Source: a bacterium | Lineage (GTDB): Bacteria > Sysuimicrobiota > Sysuimicrobiia > Sysuimicrobiales > Segetimicrobiaceae | Length of the DNA: 64,000 nucleotides | Direction: 5' to 3' | NCBI GenBank assembly: GCA_035307765.1 | Contig: DATGHU010000034.1 | Span: 127,417 to 191,416 of the forward strand | Part shown: positions 19,081-29,008 of the stretch, piece by piece | How the letters are laid out: every line of letters starts with the position of its first letter | Position numbering within the stretch: the stretch's first letter is position 1 | Position numbers and translations under genes: made by a program | Notes under the pieces: generated by a model | The model's database searches: none | What the model was told of the DNA's origin: nothing | The model's input: the letters and a program-made list of their open reading frames with translations, nothing else

Positions 19081-20757
19081 CTACATTCGCTCCGCGGGGG
19101 CGACGCCGATGAGGTCCAGGGTGTTCCGCAGAACCCGCCGCGCCGCGTCGACGAGGATGAGACGCGCCGCGGTCAGCTCCGGATCCTCCGTCAGCACCCG
19201 GCACTGAGTGTAAAAGGCGTGAAAGGCCTCCGCTAGTTCCCGCGCGAACGCGCAGAGCCGTTGGGGCTCCCGCCGGGTCCCCGCGGCGTACACGATCTCC
19301 GGGAGCATGACGGCGCGTTTGGCCAACACCCACTCCTCAGGAGCGGTGAGCTGGCCTAAGTCGGCCGCATCGGCCCGCGGGAGGCCGATCCCGACCCGCT
19401 CGGCCTCGCGAAGGATGCTACAGATTCTGGCGTGGGCGTATTGGACGTAGTAGACGGGATTGTCCGCGGATTTTCGCTGCGCCAGGGCGAAGTCGAAATC
19501 CATCGGCACGCTCGGGCTGGTCATGGTAAAGAAGAATCGAGCGGCATCGCGCCCGACCGCGTCGAGAAGATCCCGCAGCGTGATGAACTCCCCGCTGCGC
19601 TTGCTCATCCGCACGACCTCACCCTCGTTGCGCAAACGGACGTGCTGGTACAGCAGAACCTCGAGCGACGACGGGTCCTTCCCGAGCGCCTCAAGCCCTC
19701 CCCGCACCCGGGCGACGTCTCCGATGTGGTCCACGCCCAGCACGTTGATCAGGTGGTCGAATCCGCGCGCGTACTTATCGAGATGGTACGGGATGTCGGC
19801 GGCAAAGTAGGTCGGCCGACCGTCGCCTCGAATCATGACCCGGTCCTTGTCGTCTCCGAACTGCGTGGCGCGAAACCAGAGGGCACCGTCTTGTTCGTAG
19901 ACGACGCCGCGGCGGCGCAACTCCTCCAGCACCTGCTCCACCGCGCCGCTGGCGTGCAGGGTCCGCTCGCTGAACCAGGTGTCGAAGGTCACCCCGAAAA
20001 CCTCCAGGGTCGTCCGAATATCGCTCAGCATCTCCTCGAGCGAGATCTCCTGGATCCGGGCCACCCGTGTGGGGAGATCCAAGTCGGCAATGGCGGCACC
20101 ATGCGCGGCGACGATCCGGCGGCCGATCTCCGCCACGTACGCACCGCGGTACCCTTCCTCGGGGAAGACCGCCGGACGGCCGAGCGCCTCCAGGTAGGTG
20201 GCCTCCACGGAGCGGGCAAGGAGCTCAACCTGGTTTCCGTAGTCGTTCACGTAGTACTCGCGAGAAACACGGTAGCCCAACGCTTCCAGGAGGCGCGCCA
20301 CTGTTTCGCCAACCGCACCGTTCCGGCCCGACCCCACCGTCAGGGGGCCCGTCGGGTTGGCGCTCACGTACTCGACGAGGACGCGCTGACCCCGGCCGAT
20401 ATCCGTTCCACCAAATGCGCGATCGTCGGCATAGACCCGGCGGAGCCATCGGTGGAGAAAGCTCGGCGCCAGCGACAGGTTGAGGAACCCCGGTCCGGCG
20501 AGTTCGGCCTTGCTGACCGCCTCGGAGGGAACAGGGAGGTGGCGGAGGATCGCCGTCCCCACATCCCGGGGGGAGCGCCCGAGCGTGCGCGCGAGTACGA
20601 GCGCAATGTTCGCCGCAAAATCCCCGTGCCGGGGATCCCGGGGGAGTTCCACCTCGAACCGAGGGAGCTCCGCCGGCGTGGAGGGGGGAAGATCGCCCGC
20701 GCTGACAGCGTGGCGGACGGCTTGGGCGATCAGCGCTTGGAGATCATGGGTGAGCAC
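19081..20757 (-). CDS. argS: arginine--tRNA ligase
   Basis: 558 aa; class I HIGH-like motif region and overall ArgRS architecture (N-terminal Arg-tRNA-binding, anticodon-binding C-terminus). Confidence 0.9.
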   Translation of the reverse strand: MLTHDLQALIAQAVRHAVSAGDLPPSTPAELPRFEVELPRDPRHGDFAANIALVLARTLGRSPRDVGTAILRHLPVPSEAVSKAELAGPGFLNLSLAPSFLHRWLRRVYADDRAFGGTDIGRGQRVLVEYVSANPTGPLTVGSGRNGAVGETVARLLEALGYRVSREYYVNDYGNQVELLARSVEATYLEALGRPAVFPEEGYRGAYVAEIGRRIVAAHGAAIADLDLPTRVARIQEISLEEMLSDIRTTLEVFGVTFDTWFSERTLHASGAVEQVLEELRRRGVVYEQDGALWFRATQFGDDKDRVMIRGDGRPTYFAADIPYHLDKYARGFDHLINVLGVDHIGDVARVRGGLEALGKDPSSLEVLLYQHVRLRNEGEVVRMSKRSGEFITLRDLLDAVGRDAARFFFTMTSPSVPMDFDFALAQRKSADNPVYYVQYAHARICSILREAERVGIGLPRADAADLGQLTAPEEWVLAKRAVMLPEIVYAAGTRREPQRLCAFARELAEAFHAFYTQCRVLTEDPELTAARLILVDAARRVLRNTLDLIGVAPAERM

Positions 20758-20759
20758 GT

Positions 20760-21728
20760 CTAGAGTCTGATGACGCCGGCCCGCGACATATCCTGGATAT
20801 GGATCGTATCAACGAAACGGATCTGGTGCACCGCAGAGGTCATCACCAAAGAATGGGTGCGCACGCCGCCCCCGAACAACCGCACGCCGCGAAAGAGATC
20901 ACCGTCCGTGATGCCGGTTGCGGCGAATACCAGATCATTGCCCCGCACCAGGTCCTCGGTCCGAAAGATCCGGTCGGGATCACTGATGCCCATCTCCCGC
21001 GCGCGCTGACGCTCGGCGTCGTTTCGATACCAGAACCGCCCCTGGATCTCTCCCCCCAGGCACCGCAGCGCGGCCGCGGTGAGCACTCCCTCCGGCGCCC
21101 CCCCGATGCCCATGACGGCGTGGACGCCCGGCCCGGAGACCGCCGCGGAGATTGCCGGGGCGACATCCCCGTCCGAGATCAACTTGATCCTGGCCCCCGC
21201 CCGACGGACCGCAGCGATGAGATCCGCGTGCCTCGGGCGGTCCAAGATCACCACCGTGATGTCGCTAACTCGACGGCCGAGCGCTTCCGCCAGCACTTCG
21301 AGGTTCCGCTCGGGGGGCCACCGCAGATCAACCCTCCCCGCCGCCTGCGGTGGGACGACCAGCTTTTCCATATAAATATCGGGGGCGTGGAGGATCCCAC
21401 CCTTCTCCGTCACCGACACAATCGCGATGGCGTTCGGCAGGCCCTTGGCGACGAGGTTCGTCCCCTCAACGGGATCCACGGCGGCGTCCACCGTAAAGCC
21501 GCCGCCGCGGCCCACCTCTTCGCCGATGTACAGCATGGGGGCCTCATCCTGCTCCCCCTCACCGATCACGATTCGCCCCTGGATCGTCAGCTCGTCGAGC
21601 GCCGCGCGCATCGCGGTCACGGCCGCCTTATCCGCCTGCTCAACCCGCCCTTCCCCCATGTGGCGGGCCGCGGCGATCGCCGCGGCCTCCGTCACTTTGA
21701 CAATGTCGAGGGCGAGCAGGCGCTCCAT
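20760..21728 (-). CDS. glpX: fructose-1,6-bisphosphatase class II
   Basis: MERLLALDIVKVTEAAAIAAARHMGEG... GlpX family signature; about 322 aa. Confidence 0.85.
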   Translation of the reverse strand: MERLLALDIVKVTEAAAIAAARHMGEGRVEQADKAAVTAMRAALDELTIQGRIVIGEGEQDEAPMLYIGEEVGRGGGFTVDAAVDPVEGTNLVAKGLPNAIAIVSVTEKGGILHAPDIYMEKLVVPPQAAGRVDLRWPPERNLEVLAEALGRRVSDITVVILDRPRHADLIAAVRRAGARIKLISDGDVAPAISAAVSGPGVHAVMGIGGAPEGVLTAAALRCLGGEIQGRFWYRNDAERQRAREMGISDPDRIFRTEDLVRGNDLVFAATGITDGDLFRGVRLFGGGVRTHSLVMTSAVHQIRFVDTIHIQDMSRAGVIRL

Positions 21729-21741
21729 GGGGCTCACCATA

Positions 21742-22905
21742 TCACCGGGGCTCCGCCGGCCGCTCAGCCAGCACCACGGAAACGGTCCGTGTCTGCCGGT
21801 CGCGGACGATGGTCAACGTCACCGTTTCTCCGATCTTCTTGCCGACAACATCGTGGACGAACGTATTCCAGTTGTCGATTCGATCCCCATTTAGGCCGGT
21901 GATGATGTCGCCGGGCTCCACCCCCGCCTTGGCGGCCGGGGCGTTCGGCTCAAGCTCCCGAACGATTACCCCGTAGGTGGTCCCCAGGTTGTAGGCCTGG
22001 GCGGTCTGCGCATCCACCTCACCGCCGAAGATGACCCCGACCCAAGGCCGAATGACGCGGCCGTTGGCAATGAGCTGCTCCATCTCCCCGCGGGCCACAT
22101 CGCTCGGGATCGCAAATCCGATCCCCTGGGCGTTCGGGATGATCGCGGTGTTCACGCCGATGACGTTGCCCGAGCTGTCCACCAATGCACCGCCGCTGTT
22201 CCCGGGGTTGATCGCCGCCGAGGTCTGGATCAGGTTCTCAACAATGAGGTTCGGTAGCTCGATGTTGCGGTTCAGGGCGCTGACCACCCCCGTCGTGACG
22301 GTGCTCCCCAGGCCAAACGGGTTGCCGATCGCGATCGTCAGTTGGCCTACCTGGAGATTCCGGCTGTCCCCCAACCGGACCGACGGCAGGGGCTCTTTGG
22401 CAACGACCTTGACCACGGCAAGATCGGCTAGCGGGTCACGGCCGATGAGTTTTCCGGTGAGGGTTTTCCCACCGAGCAGCGTCACCCTGATGGTCGTGGC
22501 TCCCTGCACCACGTGGTTGTTGGTGAGGATGTATCCGTCCGGTCGAACGATCACGCCGGACCCCGCCCCCTGCTGGGGGAAGAGCCCAAAGACCGTCTGA
22601 ACCTGCGACTCCGTATCGATGTTGACCACGGCCGGCCGCACCTGCTTGACCACGTTGATGACGACCGATTCCTCGGGGACGACGCGGACCGTCCCACCCA
22701 ACGCCGGCGGCGGGGGGGCCGCCGCGGCAAGCGGCGGGGCACTCGGTGCGATTGGGCTGGCGGAAAAGACCGGATGAAGATTCAGATACTGAGGAAGAAC
22801 GACGCCCCCAAGCAGCGCGCCGATGACCGCGACCGCGATGACGGCCAGCGCCGCCGCGGGGTACCCAGCCCGCCTCGGGGGTGTACCGGGTGATTGCATA
22901 GCCAT
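21742..22905 (-). CDS. htrA: HtrA/DegP family serine protease with PDZ domain
   Basis: N-terminal TM; catalytic triad context (TNNHVV, GNSGGALVD); C-terminal PDZ; AAGGAGG RBS 8 nt upstream of ATG 22905. Confidence 0.85.
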   Translation of the reverse strand: MAMQSPGTPPRRAGYPAAALAVIAVAVIGALLGGVVLPQYLNLHPVFSASPIAPSAPPLAAAAPPPPALGGTVRVVPEESVVINVVKQVRPAVVNIDTESQVQTVFGLFPQQGAGSGVIVRPDGYILTNNHVVQGATTIRVTLLGGKTLTGKLIGRDPLADLAVVKVVAKEPLPSVRLGDSRNLQVGQLTIAIGNPFGLGSTVTTGVVSALNRNIELPNLIVENLIQTSAAINPGNSGGALVDSSGNVIGVNTAIIPNAQGIGFAIPSDVARGEMEQLIANGRVIRPWVGVIFGGEVDAQTAQAYNLGTTYGVIVRELEPNAPAAKAGVEPGDIITGLNGDRIDNWNTFVHDVVGKKIGETVTLTIVRDRQTRTVSVVLAERPAEPR

Positions 22906-22934
22906 CACAAACCCCTCCTTTTTGGCCTCTCTTA

Positions 22935-22944
22935 ATTATAACAT
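22935..22944 (-). promoter_or_regulatory. extended -10 promoter element (TGtTATAAT) for htrA
   Basis: Minus-strand gaTGtTATAAT about 30 nt upstream of the htrA start. Confidence 0.35.
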
Positions 22945-23265
22945 CCTCTACCGGTCGACCAGTTTCACCCCCGTACTATCCTCGGCAGTGTCAAGGTCCG
23001 TACGCGACACGCGTCATGTGCGGTGGAACGCCCGGATCATAGCATATACACGGCGATCACGACCGGACTCAGTCGCAACTCTGACATAGCGGGCAGCGGA
23101 CTTCGCGAAAGGCCAGTTCGATCGCGTCCATCTCCAGTACGAACATGCTGATGCCCGACGCCCAAGATCCGGTCGAGAATTGGCCGTTCCGGTGAAACCA
23201 TTTTGACCCCTCCTCGCATCCTCCGGGGCCCCATTCACGACGCACTGTCATTTCCGGCCACCCGT

Positions 23266-23295
23266 TTGCCGCGGTCGGGAGTCCTACGGTATAAT
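23266..23295 (+). promoter_or_regulatory. sigma-A-type promoter for the acc operon
   Basis: TTGCCG-18nt-TATAAT about 30 nt upstream of the accD ATG (23328). Confidence 0.4.
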
Positions 23296-23327
23296 CGAGA
23301 CAATTTGAATCCCTCCCGTTCCCGGGA

Positions 23328-24257
23328 ATGGAGCGCCTTCCGGTGCTGAACTGGATCAGGCGTCCGAAATACGCCCCAGGCGAGCGCCGAGATGTTCCGG
23401 CGGGACTCTGGACCAAGTGTCCCCGGTGTGCCACTCTCATCTACCGCAAGGAACTCGAACGCAACCTCCAGGTCTGCCCCCGATGCAACTACCATCACCG
23501 GCTGTCCGCCACTGACCGCCTGGCGATGGTGCTGGACGAGGGGTCGTTCGAGGAATACGACGAGAGCTTGGTCCCCGAAGATCCATTGGAATTTGTCGAC
23601 GAGAAGCCGTATCCGGTCAGGATCGAGGAAGCCCAGCGACGCACCGGCGTGCCGGAGGCGATCCTCACCGGAACCGGCGCGATCGAGGGACGCCACGTCG
23701 TCGTGGGAGCCATGGAGTTCGGGTTCCTCGGTGGCAGCATGGGCGCGGTCGTCGGGGAGAAGGTGGCGCGGAGCGCGGAGCGGGCCGCCGCGCGGCGTTG
23801 GCCGCTGGTCCTCTTCGCCGCGTCGGGGGGAGCGCGCATGCAGGAAGGGGCCCTTTCCCTCCTCCAGCTCGCGAAAACGAGCATTGCCCTGGGGCGGCTG
23901 AGCGATTTCGGGATCATGTTCATCTCCGTGCTCTGTGACCCGACCACCGGGGGGGTGGCCGCGAGCTTCGCGCTCCAAGGCGACATCATCCTCGCCGAAC
24001 CCGGCGCGCTGATCGGGTTCGCCGGGCGGCGGGTGATCGAGCAAACCATCCGTCAGAAGTTGCCCGAAGGTTTCCAAACCGCGGAGTTTGTCCTCGAGCA
24101 TGGGTTCCTTGATGCGATCGTTCCGAGAGGGGACCTCCGGTCCACGCTGGGGCGCCTCCTCCGGCTGTGCGGCGCCCCCACTCTGGCAGAGGGCACGGGC
24201 CCGGCCACCCACGCATCTTCTCCGCCCGTCCCCACAACCGATGGCCATCCCGTCTGA
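23328..24257 (+). CDS. accD: acetyl-CoA carboxylase carboxyltransferase subunit beta
   Basis: N-terminal zinc ribbon CPRC...CPRC; carboxyltransferase domain. Confidence 0.9.
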   Translation: MERLPVLNWIRRPKYAPGERRDVPAGLWTKCPRCATLIYRKELERNLQVCPRCNYHHRLSATDRLAMVLDEGSFEEYDESLVPEDPLEFVDEKPYPVRIEEAQRRTGVPEAILTGTGAIEGRHVVVGAMEFGFLGGSMGAVVGEKVARSAERAAARRWPLVLFAASGGARMQEGALSLLQLAKTSIALGRLSDFGIMFISVLCDPTTGGVAASFALQGDIILAEPGALIGFAGRRVIEQTIRQKLPEGFQTAEFVLEHGFLDAIVPRGDLRSTLGRLLRLCGAPTLAEGTGPATHASSPPVPTTDGHPV

Positions 24258-25272
24258 TCTCACCGGGGCTCCTGGAACGAGGGACGAAGCTGCCGCGGAG
24301 CGGTTGGAGCGGGAGCTCGAGAAGACCGAGCGCGAAATCAACGAGCTCAGGCGGATCACCGCCGCCGACAAGGGCATGGACCTTGGACGCCAGATCACGG
24401 CGCTCCAGGAACGCGCCGAAGTCCTCCGCGAGGCGATCGCCCGCGATCCCACCCCCTGGCAAACGGTCCAGCTGGCCCGACACCCGGGCCGACCCAAGAT
24501 CGGCGATTATATTGCCGGGCTCACGACGGACTTCATTGAACTTCATGGCGACCGGGGGTTCCGGGACGATCCGGCGATCATCGGGGGGCTGGGGGCGGTT
24601 GACGGCAGACCTACGGCGGTGATCGGGCACGCCAAAGGACGTGACACCCGGGAGAATATCGCGCGCAACTTCGGAAGCCCGAATCCGGAGGGGTACCGGA
24701 AAGCCCTACGTATCATGCGGCTCGCGGAGAAACTTAAAGCTCCGGTCGTGACGCTGATCGACACCCAGGGGGCCTCCCCGGGGAAGGAAGCGGAGGAACG
24801 GGGCCAGAGCGAGGCGATCGCCAGCGGGCTCTTGGGCATGGCGAGACTCCGGACCCCGATCGTCACCGTGATCACCGGCGAGGGGGGAAGCGGGGGCGCC
24901 CTGGCCATCGGCGTGGGCGATGTGGTGCTCATGCTGGACAAGGCGATCTACTCGGTGATCTCGCCGGAGGGTTGCGCGGCGATCTTGTGGCGGGATGGCT
25001 CGCGGGGCCGCGAGGCTGCACGCGCGCTCCGCCTGACGGCACGCGACCTACTCGGGTTAGGCATCGTCGACGAGATTATCGCCGAGCCCCCCGGGGGGGC
25101 ACACCGGCAACATGATCAGACCGTCGCCGTGGTCGTCGCCGCCATCCGCCGGTACCTCGCGGCCCTCGCCGGTCGATCGACCGAGGAGCTTCTGTCTGCC
25201 AGGTATGCAAAGTACCGTTGCATCGGCCGCCTCAAGGACTTAGCACAACCGCAGACGCCGCCAACCGGGTGA
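24241..25272 (+). CDS. accA: acetyl-CoA carboxylase carboxyltransferase subunit alpha
   Basis: Start MAIPSDL at 24241 (17-nt overlap with accD); PVVTLIDTQGASPG and ITGEGGSGGALA motifs. Confidence 0.85.
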   Translation: MAIPSDLTGAPGTRDEAAAERLERELEKTEREINELRRITAADKGMDLGRQITALQERAEVLREAIARDPTPWQTVQLARHPGRPKIGDYIAGLTTDFIELHGDRGFRDDPAIIGGLGAVDGRPTAVIGHAKGRDTRENIARNFGSPNPEGYRKALRIMRLAEKLKAPVVTLIDTQGASPGKEAEERGQSEAIASGLLGMARLRTPIVTVITGEGGSGGALAIGVGDVVLMLDKAIYSVISPEGCAAILWRDGSRGREAARALRLTARDLLGLGIVDEIIAEPPGGAHRQHDQTVAVVVAAIRRYLAALAGRSTEELLSARYAKYRCIGRLKDLAQPQTPPTG

Positions 25273-25297
25273 GCCGCGCGGACAGCGAAGCGCAGAC

Positions 25298-25753
25298 GTG
25301 GAGAGGGGCAAACGCATGGGCCATGAGGGCCGACTTGATCTCGACGAAATCCGGGCGTTGATCCAACTCGCGACCGAGGCCGACATCACCGAACTCGACG
25401 TCGACGCTCCGCACGTCAAGGTTCGAATCAAGAAAACCCACCGCAACTCGGCCGATCGGATCGCGGTGGACCTCGGCCCCCCGGTGGCGGGCGCCGACCC
25501 GGATATCCGCCTTGTTCCAATCGCCGCCCCTATGGTCGGGACCTTTTACCGATCCTCCAAACCCGACGCCCCGCCATTTGTGAGTGAGGGGGACGAGATC
25601 CATGCCGGCCAGACGGTCTGTATTCTCGAAGCGATGAAGCTCTTCAATGAAATCCCGAGCGATGTGGACGGGCGGATCGTCCGGATCCTGGTCGAGAATG
25701 GCGCCCCCGTTGAATACGGGCAGCCGCTGTTCCTCCTCGATCCCGCACCCTAA
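25298..25753 (+). CDS. accB: biotin carboxyl carrier protein
   Basis: C-terminal biotinyl domain with EAMKL lysine motif. Confidence 0.85.
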   Translation: MERGKRMGHEGRLDLDEIRALIQLATEADITELDVDAPHVKVRIKKTHRNSADRIAVDLGPPVAGADPDIRLVPIAAPMVGTFYRSSKPDAPPFVSEGDEIHAGQTVCILEAMKLFNEIPSDVDGRIVRILVENGAPVEYGQPLFLLDPAP

Positions 25754-25755
25754 CG

Positions 25756-27111
25756 ATGTTCTCGAAGGTCCTTATCGCCAACCGGGGGGAGATCGCGCTC
25801 CGCATCATCCGTGCCTGCCGCGAATTGGGACTGCGGACCGTTGCGGTATACTCCGAAGCCGACCGCGCTTCCCTGCCCGTGCGCATCGCCGACGAGGCGT
25901 TTTGCATCGGCCCCGCCCCCGCGCGGGACAGCTACCTCAACATCCCCAGCATCATCAGCACGGCGGAGTTGTTGGGGGTCGACGCGATCCACCCAGGGTA
26001 TGGATTTCTGGCCGAGAACCCCCATTTCGCCGAGATCTGCCGCGATTGCCGTATAACATTCATCGGCCCGACACCGGAAGCCATCGCAAAGATGGGGAAC
26101 AAATCGGCGGCCCGGGAGATGATGCGCAAGGCGGGCGTCCCCATCGTGCCGGGCAGTGACGGCCCGGTTCATGATGAGGCCGCTGCGATCGCGGTCGCCC
26201 GAGGCATCGGCTATCCCCTGATCGTCAAAGCGGCCGGCGGCGGCGGGGGCCGGGGGATGCGGGTGGTGCAGAACCGGGAGGATCTTCTCGGCGCCCTCAC
26301 CGAGGCCCAGCGTGAGGCGGAAGCGGCCTTCGGCAACGCCGAAGTCTACATCGAAAAGTACCTCGAGGAGCCGCGCCATATCGAGATCCAGATCCTCGCC
26401 GATGCCCGCGGCACGATCGCGACCCTCGGTGAGCGCGACTGTTCGGTGCAGCGCCGCCATCAGAAACTCATTGAAGAGGCGCCGGCCGTCGGGATCACCT
26501 CCAAGCTCCGACGAGCCCTGAGCCGCGCGGCCGTACGGGTCGCCGAGGCGGTCTCGTATACAAACGCCGGCACGGTCGAGTTTCTCGTGGATCAGTCGGA
26601 ACGGTTCTACTTCGTGGAGATGAACACCCGCATCCAAGTCGAGCACGGGGTGACCGAAATGGTCACCGGAGTGGATCTGGTCAAAGAGCAGATCCGAATC
26701 GCTGCGGGGGAGCGGATGACCGCCCCGCGCGAAGGGGAGCCGCGCGGGCACGCGATCGAGTGCCGGGTGAACGCTGAGGATCCGTCCCGAGACTTCCTCC
26801 CCGCACCCGGCTCGATCACAGCGTTCGTCCCCCCGGGGGGCCCGGGGATCCGTGTAGACACTCACGCCTTCGCCGGCTATCTGATACCTGCCCATTACGA
26901 CTCGCTGATCGCCAAGGTCATCGCGTGGGGCCTGGATCGCGACGAAGCGGTCGCGCGGATGCAGCGTGCGCTCCAAGAGTTTGAGGTGAAAGGTGTGCCG
27001 ACGACGATCCCATTCCACCAGCAAGCCCTCGATAACGCCTTCTTCCGCCGCGGTGAGATCTACGTCAACTTCATCCAGCGGCGCATGGACCTGAGCACAC
27101 TCCGCGCTTAG
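25756..27111 (+). CDS. accC: biotin carboxylase
   Basis: 451 aa; MFSKVLIANRGEIALRIIRA N-terminus and ATP-grasp motifs. Confidence 0.95.
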   Translation: MFSKVLIANRGEIALRIIRACRELGLRTVAVYSEADRASLPVRIADEAFCIGPAPARDSYLNIPSIISTAELLGVDAIHPGYGFLAENPHFAEICRDCRITFIGPTPEAIAKMGNKSAAREMMRKAGVPIVPGSDGPVHDEAAAIAVARGIGYPLIVKAAGGGGGRGMRVVQNREDLLGALTEAQREAEAAFGNAEVYIEKYLEEPRHIEIQILADARGTIATLGERDCSVQRRHQKLIEEAPAVGITSKLRRALSRAAVRVAEAVSYTNAGTVEFLVDQSERFYFVEMNTRIQVEHGVTEMVTGVDLVKEQIRIAAGERMTAPREGEPRGHAIECRVNAEDPSRDFLPAPGSITAFVPPGGPGIRVDTHAFAGYLIPAHYDSLIAKVIAWGLDRDEAVARMQRALQEFEVKGVPTTIPFHQQALDNAFFRRGEIYVNFIQRRMDLSTLRA

Positions 27112-27119
27112 CCCCTTCG

Positions 27120-27146
27120 AGGCGCCCATCCCGTGGCGCGCCTCCA
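27120..27146 (+). terminator. possible GC-rich terminator hairpin after accC
   Basis: GAGGCGC-9nt-GCGCCTC stem-loop 9 nt after the accC stop; no U tract. Confidence 0.25.
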
Positions 27147-27167
27147 CCGCCGGCGCGCCGCCCAATC

Positions 27168-27196
27168 CCCTTCGAGCTTGACGCGAGCCCCTTGGG
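27168..27196 (+). promoter_or_regulatory. promoter for the ArsR-family regulator gene
   Basis: TTGACG-17nt-TAATAT; an AT-rich imperfect palindrome (ATCAactaaataTGAT, 27197-27212) lies immediately downstream. Confidence 0.4.
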
Positions 27197-27246
27197 ACAT
27201 TAATATATCAACTAAATATGATTTGTGATCGCTATGGGGTGCCACC

Positions 27247-27951
27247 ATGACGAGCCGGGATCTCGCGGGGATCGCACAGGCGCTGGCTGATCCGATCCGC
27301 CTAACAATGCTGCGGCGACTGATGGACGGCCCGTCGACGGTCTCCGAACTCGTCCTCCTCACCGGAGAGGCGCAGTCCAATGTATCCAACCATCTGGCAG
27401 TGCTCCGCAGTCGCGGATTGGTGAGAGCGACTCGGGTCGGGCGGCAGCGAGTCTACGAAATCCCAGACCCTTCGGTGGGGCAACTCGTGGAATCCCTGCT
27501 TGTCATTGCGGGGCGCGGACCCCGGCTGACGGTGAAATCCCCCGCCATCGCCAGGGCTCGCACCTGCTACGATCACCTGGCGGGCCGCCTCGGGGTGGCG
27601 ATCTTCGATTCGCTGGTGGCGCGCGGGGCGATCGCAAAGCCCGCCGCACGGTATCGGGGCCCGGTGGGGTTGGGGCCCGCGGGCCCGGAGGTGTTCGGGC
27701 GCCTGATGGTCGATATTCGGGAGGCGAGCAGCGAACGACGTCAGCTCGCGATCGCGTGCGGCGATTGGACCGAACGGAAGCCGCACCTCGGGGGGGCGCT
27801 TGGGGCCGCGCTGTGGGCCAGGTCGCTGGAGCGGGGATGGGTGGTGCGCAAACCCGGCACCAGGATCGTGCTGGTGACGGGACGCGGGCGACGTGGGTTC
27901 CACGAGAACTTGGGGATCCCGCTCCGCGACCCCGCGCTGCTTTCGGCGTGA
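27247..27951 (+). CDS. ArsR/SmtB-family transcriptional regulator with C-terminal extension
   Basis: HTH region LADPIRLTMLRRLMDGPSTVSELVLLTGEAQSNVSNHLAVLRSRGLV; 234 aa. Confidence 0.8.
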   Translation: MTSRDLAGIAQALADPIRLTMLRRLMDGPSTVSELVLLTGEAQSNVSNHLAVLRSRGLVRATRVGRQRVYEIPDPSVGQLVESLLVIAGRGPRLTVKSPAIARARTCYDHLAGRLGVAIFDSLVARGAIAKPAARYRGPVGLGPAGPEVFGRLMVDIREASSERRQLAIACGDWTERKPHLGGALGAALWARSLERGWVVRKPGTRIVLVTGRGRRGFHENLGIPLRDPALLSA

Positions 27952-27964
27952 TCGGGAGACGGCA

Positions 27965-28864
27965 TTGATCACCCTCCCGCTCCCGCGCCGGTTCAGCGTC
28001 GCGCGCACGCTGGCGTTCCTTCGAAGTTCGTCGCTGGGGGCGCCGTACCACTTCATCGACCCGCGCCGCCTCCGGCGACTGTTCCGCCTCGGCGGGCGAG
28101 CCCGGGTTGTGGAGTTTGCATTCGGCCGGGCCGGCGCTCACCTCCGGGTGGGGATTGCCGGCGAACGCACCGTCCCCCGGCCTCTTGCCCAGGCTCTGCG
28201 CCGGCTCGGGGTCCACGTGTGGAGCCTGGACACCGATCTGGCGCAGTGCTACCGGACCTTGCGACGCGATCCCCTGATGACTCCCTTCGTGCGCCGATGC
28301 GCAGGGCTGCGGATGATTCGGACGCCCGATCTCTACGAGGCACTCTTGATCGCGGTACTGGGGCAGCAGATCAGCGTTGCGGCGGCCGAATCGGTCCGCC
28401 GGCGATTGATGACCGCGCTGGGCGACCGCATGGTCAAGGATGGGATCGTCTTTCTCGGGTACCCACCTCCGCGGCGGCTGAGGAACACATCCCCCCGCCT
28501 CTTGCGAACCCTGGGCCTGAGCCGTCAGAAGGCCCGGTACGTGCTGGAGATCGCCGACTGCGCAGCCACCGGGGGCCTACATTCTGCCGCCTTTGACGCG
28601 CTCAGCGACGAGCAAGCGATCGAGAGACTCAGGCAGATCCCCGGGGTCGGCCGGTGGACCGCGGAGGTCGTGGCGATGCGCGGGTTGGGCCGGGCGGATG
28701 TCTTTCCCGCAGGCGACCTGGGTCTGATGGTGGCCGCACACCGGGCCCTCGGTTGTGCGGCGCGACCGGGGGAAGCGGATCTCCGCACCCTGGCCGAACG
28801 GTGGCAGGGGTGGCGGAGTTACGCGGCGCTGTACCTCTGGCAATCGCTGGGGATCACCACCTAG
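27965..28864 (+). CDS. alkA: DNA-3-methyladenine glycosylase II (AlkA, HhH-GPD superfamily)
   Basis: HhH-GPD motif region (LRQIPGVGRWTAEVVAMRGLGRADVFPAGDLGL); ORF opens at 27893 inside arsR, likely TTG start at 27965. Confidence 0.7.
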   Translation: MITLPLPRRFSVARTLAFLRSSSLGAPYHFIDPRRLRRLFRLGGRARVVEFAFGRAGAHLRVGIAGERTVPRPLAQALRRLGVHVWSLDTDLAQCYRTLRRDPLMTPFVRRCAGLRMIRTPDLYEALLIAVLGQQISVAAAESVRRRLMTALGDRMVKDGIVFLGYPPPRRLRNTSPRLLRTLGLSRQKARYVLEIADCAATGGLHSAAFDALSDEQAIERLRQIPGVGRWTAEVVAMRGLGRADVFPAGDLGLMVAAHRALGCAARPGEADLRTLAERWQGWRSYAALYLWQSLGITT

Positions 28865-29008
28865 CCACGGACGCCACACGCCCTGAACCGGGGCCGCCGC
28901 TCCCCCGCCCGGGTGTGGGAGGGCCCCGCTGCACGGGACGGGGCGAGCGGCCTGCGGCACGAGCCCGCGCAAAGGATGCGCCGCGGCATGGCACGAAGTC
29001 CACGCACG

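Noticed and set aside
19432-20763. 443-aa plus-strand ORF antisense to argS
   Set aside because: Low-complexity Arg-rich antisense artefact.
25750-27165. 471-aa minus-strand ORF antisense to accC
   Set aside because: accC on the plus strand is certain; the antisense frame is Arg/Gly-rich.
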